From an uncultured Candidatus Saccharibacteria bacterium (GTDB lineage Bacteria > Patescibacteriota > Saccharimonadia > Saccharimonadales > Saccharimonadaceae), in the NCBI GenBank assembly GCA_963524295.1, contig CAURFZ010000001.1, positions 361,509 through 425,508 of the forward strand: a DNA stretch of 64,000 nucleotides. Direction: 5' to 3'. The stretch's first letter is position 1. Every line of letters starts with the position of its first letter. The notes below the pieces were generated by a model. It saw only the letters and a program-made list of their open reading frames with translations, had not been told where the DNA came from and did not search any database. The translations under genes and the position numbers were made by a program. This document shows positions 39,235 through 47,956 of the stretch, one piece after another.

Positions 39235-39367
39235 TTAGCAAACTATGGGAGCTGCTGAGGTTTGCAACGCTCGTATAGGAGCTGAGCATGTTATAAGAAC
39301 ATTCATTTTTGTTTACTATAATCACCGAGAAGCATGAGACGACCCCAGACTTTGGGATAGCAATGCG

Positions 39368-40900
39368 CTACTGCACCGCATCCTCACCAAAATGCTTTTG
39401 CAGCCGCATTTTTATCGAGCCTTCGTGCCGACCAAGAGTACGGCTGAGCTGGCGGATGCCCACGCCTTGGACGAAGGCCTGCTTGAGCGTCTCATCGTCA
39501 ACTTTTGTCCATGGTTTGTAGGCGTTGGGGTGGGTCTGGCGCATTGTGGCGATCTTGGCCGCCCAGCTAGTGCTGCCAGTTTTGCCCGTCGGCTTCTTCT
39601 GCGGCATCGTAGCACGCTGAGCAGCCTGTTCGCGCAGATGGGCAAAGCGCTCAGCATCTTGGGCGGCACGAGTGCGCAGCTGCGTGTCGATGATGTATGC
39701 TTCATCGCTCATGGTAAGCGCCATGCGGTTGATGCCGGTGAGATATATAGCATCGAGGCTCTTAACGCGGCTCAGTGCCACATAACCCATACCTGGGACA
39801 AAGGCTTTGCGTAGGTCGATGCGTGCACTATCGAGCGTCATCCCCTGGCTTTTGTGCACAGTAATCGCCCAAGCCAGGCGCAGTGGCAGCTGCGCGATAC
39901 TAGCCCGCTTACGCGTACCATCGCGCAGTTCCCAGGTGTCAGGCTGCATTGTCACCACATGGCCATTACGAAACTCCACCACAGGGTAGTCTGTGCCTGG
40001 CTCGAAGTCTGCTACCAGGCCAATGCTCCCATTGACAAAGCGCCGTGCTTGGTCGTTCTTGATAGCCATCACCAGTGCACCCCGCTTGAGCACTAGCACC
40101 TCTGGTGCGAGGATGCTCCGCTGCAAGGTATCGACGTAATTTTGCCCACCAGTGCTGCTGCGTTGGTACGATACTTCATCGCCAGGCAGCTCAGCGAGGC
40201 GGGCTTGGTTGATCCGATCGACGTCGATATTAACAGTATGAAGCTCAGTCAGGTCGCTCTCGTGAGGTGGCTCTATCTCTGTGCGAGCTAGTAGTTGCTC
40301 GGCGTGGCGTCGGCGCAGGTCGCCAGCTCGCATAGCCGTTAGGATATCGAGCAGAGCGTCGCCCTTTTGCTGGCGGTATTGCTGGTCGAGGTAGAGAATA
40401 GCTGGGTCGAGCTGGCGCCAGGCTTGCGACTGCACCACAAAGCTCCCCTGCCGCCCACCATCGCGATTGACTGGCGGCAGCTGAAAGAAATCCCCACTCA
40501 TCACTACCTGCAGCCCACCAAAAGGCTGATCCGGCATCTCGCGCACGCGGCGGCACACTTCGTCGATCATATCCAGGCGGTAGTCGTGCAGCATACTAAT
40601 CTCATCGATGATGAGCACATCTGTTTTAGCAATAATATCGCGCCGCGTCTTCGACAGGTGATCAAAAAAATTGTTCGGCAAGCTATCGTGGATGCCAATC
40701 CCCGCCCATGCGTGGATGGTGCTACCACCCAGGTGTGTCGCCGCAAGCCCCGTCGTGGCAGTGACGGAGACATACTTGCCATCCGCCTTACATTGGCGGA
40801 TGAACTGCCCCAACACATACGTCTTGCCTGTGCCCGCTGGCCCTGTCAGCAGTGCACTCTGACCACTACGCAAAATCTCCTGTGCAAGTGTCTGATCCAT
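39368..40900 (-). CDS. PIF1/RecD-like SF1B helicase with C-terminal HTH tail
   Basis: GPAGTGKT, LIIDEISML, SGDFFQLPPV, TVHKSQGMTLD, YVALSRVKSL. C-terminal WTKVDDETLKQAFVQGVGIRQLSRTLGRHEGSI. ATG 40900 lies 7 nt after TATACT. Confidence 0.88.
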   Translation of the reverse strand: MDQTLAQEILRSGQSALLTGPAGTGKTYVLGQFIRQCKADGKYVSVTATTGLAATHLGGSTIHAWAGIGIHDSLPNNFFDHLSKTRRDIIAKTDVLIIDEISMLHDYRLDMIDEVCRRVREMPDQPFGGLQVVMSGDFFQLPPVNRDGGRQGSFVVQSQAWRQLDPAILYLDQQYRQQKGDALLDILTAMRAGDLRRRHAEQLLARTEIEPPHESDLTELHTVNIDVDRINQARLAELPGDEVSYQRSSTGGQNYVDTLQRSILAPEVLVLKRGALVMAIKNDQARRFVNGSIGLVADFEPGTDYPVVEFRNGHVVTMQPDTWELRDGTRKRASIAQLPLRLAWAITVHKSQGMTLDSARIDLRKAFVPGMGYVALSRVKSLDAIYLTGINRMALTMSDEAYIIDTQLRTRAAQDAERFAHLREQAAQRATMPQKKPTGKTGSTSWAAKIATMRQTHPNAYKPWTKVDDETLKQAFVQGVGIRQLSRTLGRHEGSIKMRLQKHFGEDAVQ

Positions 40901-40948
40901 AGATTCTAGTATACAAGGTTGTGGGGTGAGAGGCAAAGTACGTGCAGC

Positions 40949-41476
40949 CTATTGTGGTAATGTTGCACTACCAGGGATGAGCTGCGCGTAGTGCGTTTGC
41001 TCAAGTGCTTGCAGTTGCGCTGTATTAAATGACTGCATTGCCACTGCGTGCCGACTACTAAGGTGAGCAAGAAGTGCCTGCTGTGGATTATCGAGAAAAT
41101 GTGCCACCACCAAGCCACCAATAGCCACTATACGCCGCGTCTCTTCGGGTGTTTGAATATTCGTCTCGCGGAGGTCGTCTACGCCATGCGCCACACTACC
41201 ACCAAGTGTTTCATCAAACCACCCACGCGCCATACCTTGGTCATATGCACAGCACAGCGGCAATGGTGCACGCAAATTATGCTTACCAGCACGCTGAGCA
41301 AGCTGCCAGTGCCCCCCATAATTACCAATTGCTATATCAAATTCTGGATTATCTTTATCATTAAAGGTGAGGTTGGTCACCATACCGAGCCGCGCCGCTG
41401 GGCGCTCTTCACCAACAAAAAACGCACTCACATACGCAGTTGCTGCTGATTCGGATGTCACAATTGTTTCGCGCAT
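40949..41476 (-). CDS. Hypothetical protein (175 aa)
   Basis: ATG 41476 lies 6 nt after TATAAT. No motif recognised. First gene of the island. Confidence 0.6.
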   Translation of the reverse strand: MRETIVTSESAATAYVSAFFVGEERPAARLGMVTNLTFNDKDNPEFDIAIGNYGGHWQLAQRAGKHNLRAPLPLCCAYDQGMARGWFDETLGGSVAHGVDDLRETNIQTPEETRRIVAIGGLVVAHFLDNPQQALLAHLSSRHAVAMQSFNTAQLQALEQTHYAQLIPGSATLPQ

Positions 41477-41599
41477 AGAATTATTATAGTAAAGCACAAT
41501 GGGGCGAAAAATACAATAGAAGGAAACCGCACGTCAAGACACCCTTCCAGCCCACTACAGCAAACTCACCTGATGAAATATTAGCTCAACCTCGCCACT

Positions 41600-42610
41600 C
41601 TACCGATCCCACGCAAACCCCTCACCAAAGTGCCCCCAGCGGGCGGTTGGTTCGTAGATAGGCTGGGCGAGCTGAAGTGTGGTGATGATACCATGCGGAC
41701 TGAGGTCGTAGCCTGTAATAGGCTGCTCTACACCATCAATGATGGCGGTTGCCTCGACGGGCTGGTCGTGGCCAATCGCATACGCCAGACGCACCAGCAC
41801 CTCCTGCGCGTGGTGCTGCCGCAGATAATCCACTGCAATGCGCCGCGCCATATACGCCGCCGAGCGATCCACCTTGGTGGCATCCTTGCCGCTAAAGGCC
41901 CCACCACCAATCGGCACGCGTGGCCCATAATTATCGACGATGAGCTTGCGTCCCGTCAGGCCAGCATCAGCCGCAAAGCCACCAATCTGCCAGTCCCCTG
42001 CTGGGTTACAGTGCAGCACTGGTGCATCATATTGCTTATCCTTAAAAAATGTGTTCACATACGTCTGCTGCTGGAGCCACTCCTTGACTGCCTCTGTTAA
42101 ATCGTCTTTTGGCGCGTGTTGGAAGCTTGCAACAATTGCCGTTATCTGCCCACCACGTAGTGTTACTTGCGTTTTGCCATCGTAGGGCCAACGTTGATAC
42201 AAAAATTGGTTCAATCGCCGCGCCAGCACTGTTTCTAGTGGGAGCAGCTCAGGCGTTTCATTACAGGCATAACCGATCATCACGCCTTGGTCGCCCGCCC
42301 CACCATCATCCACACCGCGAGCAATCTCTGGGCTCTGCTGAGCAATGTGCTCAATTATCTCTACCTCACTCCCCGCCAAACGCTGCACAATCGGCGCCAC
42401 CGCCACCGTCGCCTGCGACGTCACTTCGCCCGTTACAAACACCACGCCATGGCCGCCGCACACTTCCACCGCCACGCGTGCCTGTGGGTCGCGGGCTAGA
42501 TAGGCATCAAGGATGGCGTCGCTCATTTGGTCGCACAGCTTGTCGGGGTGGCCTGGGCTTACGCTCTCGGCAGTGCGAAACTGCGCTGATGTTATAGTCG
42601 TTGCTGTCAT
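41600..42610 (-). CDS. metK: S-adenosylmethionine synthetase
   Basis: SVSPGHPDKLCDQMSDAILD and GGAGDQGVMIGYA. AAGGGAG RBS before ATG 42610. Confidence 0.95.
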   Translation of the reverse strand: MTATTITSAQFRTAESVSPGHPDKLCDQMSDAILDAYLARDPQARVAVEVCGGHGVVFVTGEVTSQATVAVAPIVQRLAGSEVEIIEHIAQQSPEIARGVDDGGAGDQGVMIGYACNETPELLPLETVLARRLNQFLYQRWPYDGKTQVTLRGGQITAIVASFQHAPKDDLTEAVKEWLQQQTYVNTFFKDKQYDAPVLHCNPAGDWQIGGFAADAGLTGRKLIVDNYGPRVPIGGGAFSGKDATKVDRSAAYMARRIAVDYLRQHHAQEVLVRLAYAIGHDQPVEATAIIDGVEQPITGYDLSPHGIITTLQLAQPIYEPTARWGHFGEGFAWDR

Positions 42611-42616
42611 AAAAAA

Positions 42617-42776
42617 CTCCCTTCTCTTATCCTGTAGCGCCAGGCGAGAAAGGAGCTGCCTTCTTACGCGTCTCATATCTTCCCTGCGCACAGGCTGGAA
42701 TTAGCACCTTACTCGCTTCCCGAGTAGGTTGCTGGCGAGTCATCGGGCCAGTCCCTCGTCGCACTCTGGATATTAG
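42617..42776 (-). promoter_or_regulatory. SAM-I (S-box) riboswitch with SD-sequestering expression platform
   Basis: Minus strand reads ATATCCAGAG..GACGAGGGACTGGCCCGATGA..CGCCAGCAACC..GGTGCTAATTCCAGC..GGGAAGATATGAGA. P1 pairs ATATC with GATAT. CTCCTTTCTC (42655-42646) is complementary to the SD GAGAAGGGAG (42626-42617). Confidence 0.85.
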
Positions 42777-42974
42777 TGATATTGGTAATAGTATAACATG
42801 TATTTATGCTAGGAATACCCACCTTGTCGATGCAGCACAACGCGACGAGAAAGATACAGCTAACTCAACATGAGAGGAAGAACGCATTGTTCAGCCGCTT
42901 GGCTACAAGCTTGAGCCTGGTACATAGAGCTGCATTCTTATATAAGCCGCCACGCAGCAATATCCTCTGCACCT

Positions 42975-42999
42975 AAAAACCGGTCATTACAACCGGTTT
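42975..42999 (-). terminator. Rho-independent terminator after rnhA
   Basis: AAACCGGT-N7-ACCGGTTT followed by T5 on the minus strand, 9 nt after the stop. Confidence 0.8.
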
Positions 43000-43007
43000 C
43001 TTGCTGT

Positions 43008-43448
43008 TCATTCTCCTCCAAGCCGCTCCCCAGCTCGTGCTCGGTTGGCCCATTGGTCGGCCAGCTCATTTTGCTCATGGCCGTTGTGGCCGCGCACCCA
43101 GATGAGCTTCGGCCGCACGGTGGTATAAAGCGCATAGGCTTCTTGCACGAGCTCAAGGTTCTTGATCGGCCCGCTGCTCTTGCGCCAGCCCTTGGCTGCC
43201 CAGCCAGGTGCCCACTTGGTGAGGACATTAACCCAAAATTCGCTATCGGTATGGATCTCGCATTCCTCAGCCCCAGCCAACTGCATGGCTGCGATGAGGG
43301 CCATCCCCTCCATACGAATGTTCGTCGTGTTGCCTGGCTCGCTGCCCAGCGCCACGGGCTTGCCCTGCTCGATAACGGCATAGCCGCCCGGGCCAGGGTT
43401 GGGGCTGGCGCTGCCATCAGTGTAGAAAATGCGCGGAGTGGCTGCCAT
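43008..43448 (-). CDS. rnhA: Ribonuclease HI
   Basis: FYTDGS (Asp), NIRMEGMAL (Glu), IHTDSEF (Asp), VRGHNGHEQNELAD. Confidence 0.9.
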   Translation of the reverse strand: MAATPRIFYTDGSASPNPGPGGYAVIEQGKPVALGSEPGNTTNIRMEGMALIAAMQLAGAEECEIHTDSEFWVNVLTKWAPGWAAKGWRKSSGPIKNLELVQEAYALYTTVRPKLIWVRGHNGHEQNELADQWANRARAGERLGGE

Positions 43449-43449
43449 G

Positions 43450-43827
43450 CTAGTTACCGCGATCCACGCGCTGGAACTCCATCCAATCTGATGGCCGATA
43501 CCACTTGGTGTCATTGTTATAGCGCTCGTCAAACTTCGCCTGGTGCCGCGCCAAGAAGTAATGCCTGCCACCATCGTGCTCGGCTTCGTAGCGAATATAC
43601 ATTTGGTCTGGGTAGTTCTTAGGTGCACCGCTGTAGAGCATCACATCAACTGTGTTGCCCGGGTTGAGCGTGTGCGACTCATTGCGCATATTCCCTAGAT
43701 ACTCCCAGCTTACAACCTTCACCTGCCGATCCGAATCATTCTTGATGCGTGCCCACACGTCAATTTTCGACGCGCTCTCATTCCGCACATCAACACGCTC
43801 GACGCGCACTACCGGAAAATTACTCAT
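43450..43827 (-). CDS. Hypothetical beta-rich protein (125 aa) coupled to rnhA
   Basis: AAGGAGA RBS. Its TAG stop lies 1 nt before the rnhA ATG. Confidence 0.6.
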   Translation of the reverse strand: MSNFPVVRVERVDVRNESASKIDVWARIKNDSDRQVKVVSWEYLGNMRNESHTLNPGNTVDVMLYSGAPKNYPDQMYIRYEAEHDGGRHYFLARHQAKFDERYNNDTKWYRPSDWMEFQRVDRGN

Positions 43828-44512
43828 CTGCTTGTCTCCTTGTTTATGGGGTTATCGAGGTAATTATACCATATGGTGTGCGAAGTGCTTGCTAAATACA
43901 GCTATTGCGTTGATGCTGCGCACCATCACTACCTCTGTTATGATCAAAGGCTCTACCCTTACCTACGCTATATATAGCGTGCCCATATCTAGTGTCTTGG
44001 GCCGTGTGGAAAAGTCGTGGAGATTTTTTACCGACACTAGACCACTGTTAGATGATCATTTTTTCGCTTTTATACTGCTATATTTCTATCCAAATCCACT
44101 ATGTCTTTCGCCGGGGGTGATGATAGGAAGTGAAAACAAGGTAGCACCCTTCATACAAAGCAACCATTTTATAAGCCTCGCGATACCGTATTCACATATT
44201 TAGATGCCGCTATCTTACCAGGCAGTCACACAGCACGCGGGACTGTATATCCTGCAATAATACCTATACCCCTACTGTCTATATACCACTAACCTATCTA
44301 GAAATCTGCTCTCATAAACATCTTTCTTTGTCATAACGAGCCATACGTTGCTACAATAGTGGTATATAATTGCTATACGAATTATCTGGTACGGTTATTA
44401 TGAAACTCCAGCGCCTACTCGCCATTCTGTCGCTCCTTTGCGGGCGAGACAACATTTACGGTATATACTTGAGAGACAATACACTAATCGGTATATCGCA
44501 AGGAGGTACCTC

Positions 44513-44887
44513 ATGATCGATCATTTCGGCATCATCGTTAAAGACATTGAAGCAAGCAAAGCCTTTTATGAAGCGGTATTGGCACCACTGGGCTATGCCA
44601 AGACAATTGATGAATCCTACGGCGTGGGCTTTAGTAATCCAGACCGGACGCAGCATACCGGGATATTTTGGCTTGGGCAAGGCGAGCCATCATCGCCGCT
44701 ACACTTTGCTTTTGCTGCACCATCGCGGGCAGCAGTTGATGCATTCTATGCGGCTGGCCTAGCAGCAGGAGCACAGGACAATGGCGCACCAGGCGTGCGG
44801 GCGATCTATCATCCAGACTATTATGGTGCCTTCCTCATCGACCCAAACGGGCATAACATCGAGGCAGTGTGCCACGCTGCTGTATAG
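44513..44887 (+). CDS. VOC/glyoxalase-family protein
   Basis: AGGAGG RBS. MIDHFGIIVKDIEASKAFYEAVL and DPNGHNIEAV. Confidence 0.85.
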   Translation: MIDHFGIIVKDIEASKAFYEAVLAPLGYAKTIDESYGVGFSNPDRTQHTGIFWLGQGEPSSPLHFAFAAPSRAAVDAFYAAGLAAGAQDNGAPGVRAIYHPDYYGAFLIDPNGHNIEAVCHAAV

Positions 44888-45013
44888 GGACGCCCCTACC
44901 CTATCAGTGGGTGGCAGGGTATCTACGTGAAGATCATTTCTTAGTCAATAACGGCTAAACGCAACGGTTTGATCACTCCGCGAGGAGCGATGCTCCGGTC
45001 ACTGCCAAAAGCA

Positions 45014-45050
45014 AAGAAGCTCGTATAAACGACCGAGCTTCTTATGTTTT
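45014..45050 (+). terminator. Hairpin terminator candidate
   Basis: AAGAAGCTCG-N10-CGAGCTTCTT followed by ATGTTTT. Confidence 0.5.
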
Positions 45051-45096
45051 AGCAGGCTTGTATATAGCGTAGCTATACCTCTTGCGAGGTGTGAGC

Positions 45097-45657
45097 TTAC
45101 GGCAGGAGTATTGCTACGTTACCACGCTTTTTATGCTTGTTCACAGTTTTTTGCAGTGTCTTCGTGTCAAAGGTCATATCTGCCTTAGCCTGCTTGTCAA
45201 GGAGTAGGTACTGGGCCATTGCCATAGCAGCGAGCTTAGCAATACACCGTGCGCGCACTACCTCTGGGTTGTGCCGCTCATTAACCATACCTCTCTTTGC
45301 AACGTCAACCGGCCGAATAAGTGCGAGGACATTTACTACTCCATCACCTTCACCTTCACCTTCGCCTTCGCCCACCCAGCCACACAGCTCGCTTGTCATA
45401 CCGGGCAACGCAGTAGCTGCAAAATCACATGTTGACACAATGCGCCGATCGACAAAATCCATATAACTGCCCTGCGTCGTATGGACGGTATCCACCACTA
45501 GGCGCTGCTTGGGCCCTTCACCTTCTAGACGTATGTCGGTTGCCAGGCTAACTGGTGCAGTATGTGCACCGTCGTAGCGCTTGATCGATGGTGGAATAAC
45601 AGAATCAGTATGAATCTGTACGTAATTCGGTATTGAACTTTTTTCAAATAATTTCAT
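45097..45657 (-). CDS. Hypothetical protein (186 aa) with internal (Gly-Glu)n repeat
   Basis: TAAGGAAC precedes ATG 45657. GEGEGEGEGDG is encoded by hexanucleotide repeats at 45345-45372. Confidence 0.55.
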   Translation of the reverse strand: MKLFEKSSIPNYVQIHTDSVIPPSIKRYDGAHTAPVSLATDIRLEGEGPKQRLVVDTVHTTQGSYMDFVDRRIVSTCDFAATALPGMTSELCGWVGEGEGEGEGDGVVNVLALIRPVDVAKRGMVNERHNPEVVRARCIAKLAAMAMAQYLLLDKQAKADMTFDTKTLQKTVNKHKKRGNVAILLP

Positions 45658-46080
45658 AATGTTCCTTATCATATATGATATATTGATAATTTGCAAGTCA
45701 TGCTACCTCTGTTTTTACCAATACCCTATAGGGTACCTCCTATGCAGGCTGTAAGCGCATTTCAATAAGATTATACTCAGGCTAGATACAGTTAGTATCT
45801 AGCTACAACTATTGCTCAAAGCTATGCACTATAGCCTACTGCCCATGTAGGCTAAGGGGTATTTCGTACAAGAATGGATAATCAGGACGCGCTCTTTAAC
45901 ACATTACAATCCTTTGTGTCTGCGCTAACCTCTTCCCTGCTGCTTCATCTGGTACATTGCATCACTTAGCTAACTTTCATCCAGCTCTCAGCAATCGATG
46001 CATGCAGCGCAAATGTCGATCACCAGCAGCCTGATGGAAGTGTCACGAGCGGGATATAGATAAAACTGAGTCTAGAGCTC

Positions 46081-46812
46081 TTATCGCTGATACCGCTGCA
46101 CAAACCGGCACAGGATCTTGACTGGTTCGGTGACGGTTTGCTGGCGGGCATTGGCGATGAGGGTATCGGCTTCGTCTGGAGCACAGTAGCCAGCGTGACG
46201 ATAGATATCGATACGCAAAGCAAGGCTCTCCGGGTCGAGCTCGGGATGGAACTGCGTGGCATACACATTGCGCCCCACTCGCAGCATCTGCACGCACCTG
46301 CGCGAGCGCGCTAAGACGGTACAAGCAGCCGGTGGCTCAAGCACTCCTTCTTTATGCCCAACGAAGCCGTCGAAGGTAATAGGTAAGCCAGCCAGGAGTG
46401 GGTCATCTCTAGCTGCTGGCGTGAGGGTGATCGGCACGGCACCAATTGCCTCACCATACGCAAAGCTAGGCGTACCACCCAGTGCCGACACCAGCGCGCC
46501 AACCCCCAGGCAGGCACCAAGAAATGGCATATCATGGGTAATAATCTCGCGCAGCAGTGGTATCATCACAGCTTCGAACTCGCGCTGCTCGGCAGGCTTC
46601 TCGGCCGGAGCGTAGGCAAAGTTGGCCGGACCACCACCCATCAGCACACCACTATAGGCAGCAAGCGACTGCGCGGGGCGCTGCCCTGCCTCGATGCGCA
46701 CTCGCTCAAGATCGGTTGGCGCAAGGTCACCAAATTGTAAGAATGCCTGATATTCATTATCCGACGCCTCGTCCTCAGGGCGCGACTGCAGCAATACAAA
46801 TGGTTTCGTCAT
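46081..46812 (-). CDS. Class I glutamine amidotransferase-like protein
   Basis: Nucleophile elbow LGACLGVG and ATQFHPE (His-Glu). Confidence 0.85.
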   Translation of the reverse strand: MTKPFVLLQSRPEDEASDNEYQAFLQFGDLAPTDLERVRIEAGQRPAQSLAAYSGVLMGGGPANFAYAPAEKPAEQREFEAVMIPLLREIITHDMPFLGACLGVGALVSALGGTPSFAYGEAIGAVPITLTPAARDDPLLAGLPITFDGFVGHKEGVLEPPAACTVLARSRRCVQMLRVGRNVYATQFHPELDPESLALRIDIYRHAGYCAPDEADTLIANARQQTVTEPVKILCRFVQRYQR

Positions 46813-46882
46813 ACTCCTTAGTGTAGCATGGCCTGGCGGTAGCTAATACCCCCTGCAGACACGTGCTATGGGGCATGGGGTA

Positions 46883-47455
46883 TTACTGTGCAGTATCACC
46901 TGGATAGACATAATCCTTAAAGAAGTCTGCGTCAAAGTCACTATCGATCCACAGCTCTAGCCAGCCAAGGAAGTCCTGGCGCTCGCAGCATGGGCCAGCC
47001 CCTACGTCGCAGAAGTTCCATACTTCGCCAGCCCATTTGCCAGAGGTGATAAGCTGGTAGGTATCGCCACAGCCTTGGTCGAGGAGCAGCACACCTTCAT
47101 TACCCAGCCGCTCCTCAAATGCTTTGTTCGTAAGCAGTGCCTCATCCTCTTCTTCCTCCCAGAGCCAGTAGTCGTCGATCGTCACACTGCGCGAGAGGTC
47201 CTTTACCTCGGTATCGGCCAGTCGTTTGAGGCCATAGATAACGATGCCACCGGGCCGCCGAATATCTTGACAGCCATCGCCCACCTGCTGGAGGAAGAGT
47301 CGATAGGCCTCGGGCAGGCGCGTGTTGCAGGCGGTCTCAAAGGCAGTGATGTCTGCTTCGCTGAGCGTTGGACCCATCACGACGCCCTTTTCGGCTAGCT
47401 TGGCTTTGAGGCGTGCGATGATGGCGGGATAGTCGGCGGGGTTATAGATGGGCAT
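46883..47455 (-). CDS. SMI1/KNR4 (SUKH-1) family protein
   Basis: LSEADITAFETACNTRLPEAYRLFLQQVGDG and an acidic, W-rich C-terminal half. Confidence 0.75.
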   Translation of the reverse strand: MPIYNPADYPAIIARLKAKLAEKGVVMGPTLSEADITAFETACNTRLPEAYRLFLQQVGDGCQDIRRPGGIVIYGLKRLADTEVKDLSRSVTIDDYWLWEEEEDEALLTNKAFEERLGNEGVLLLDQGCGDTYQLITSGKWAGEVWNFCDVGAGPCCERQDFLGWLELWIDSDFDADFFKDYVYPGDTAQ

Positions 47456-47576
47456 AATTTCTCCTTATATTTTTTCTCATCGTACCATGTATAGTGCTGC
47501 CTCGCAAATGTGTGCTCACACCAAAAGAGCTGCTCCAATGTGCAGAGCAGCTCTCGTAGCTATCAAGAGGCGGGGG

Positions 47577-47771
47577 TTATTTATCCATCTTGCCTTTTAC
47601 GTAGCCCTTGGTCTCATGAGCTTTGTTTTCGACGTCGTTCGCCTTGTCTTTCACAGTATCGACGGCGTTTTGCGCAGCATCTTTGGCCTTCTCAGCTACT
47701 TCTTCGGCTTTGTCTTGTACATCATCAGCTACTTTTTGAGCTTTTGCTTTGATGTCGTCAGGTAGTCCCAT
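47577..47771 (-). CDS. CsbD/LEA-like small stress protein (64 aa)
   Basis: Repetitive K/A/D/E helices KAQKVADDVQDKAEEVAEKAKDAAQNAVDTVKDKANDV. GGAGG RBS. Confidence 0.65.
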   Translation of the reverse strand: MGLPDDIKAKAQKVADDVQDKAEEVAEKAKDAAQNAVDTVKDKANDVENKAHETKGYVKGKMDK

Positions 47772-47956
47772 GTGAGATCCTCCATGGTTAGTGTTGGTAC
47801 TGTCTTATTATAGCAATGTTGGGCGATAATAGCGAGCCACCTACTAGCGAAAAGGGAGCTGCTATAGCCGTATACCTCTATTCTATGGGTAATAATACCC
47901 CTGTTATCTATATCTTTATTGATAAAGCACAGAGATTTGCTATCGTGGTGATCTAT

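Noticed and set aside
43652-44203. 183-aa plus-strand ORF spanning the AT-rich spacer
   Set aside because: It starts inside the antisense of the 125-aa gene and continues through AT-rich intergenic DNA with an implausible composition (F/I/L/S/C-rich). No RBS is present.
44400-44513. 37-codon ORF (MKLQRLLAILSLLCGRD...) with a lipoprotein-like start upstream of the VOC gene
   Set aside because: It has no SD and a non-canonical lipobox, and it overlaps the RBS of the downstream gene. It is too short to support without expression data.
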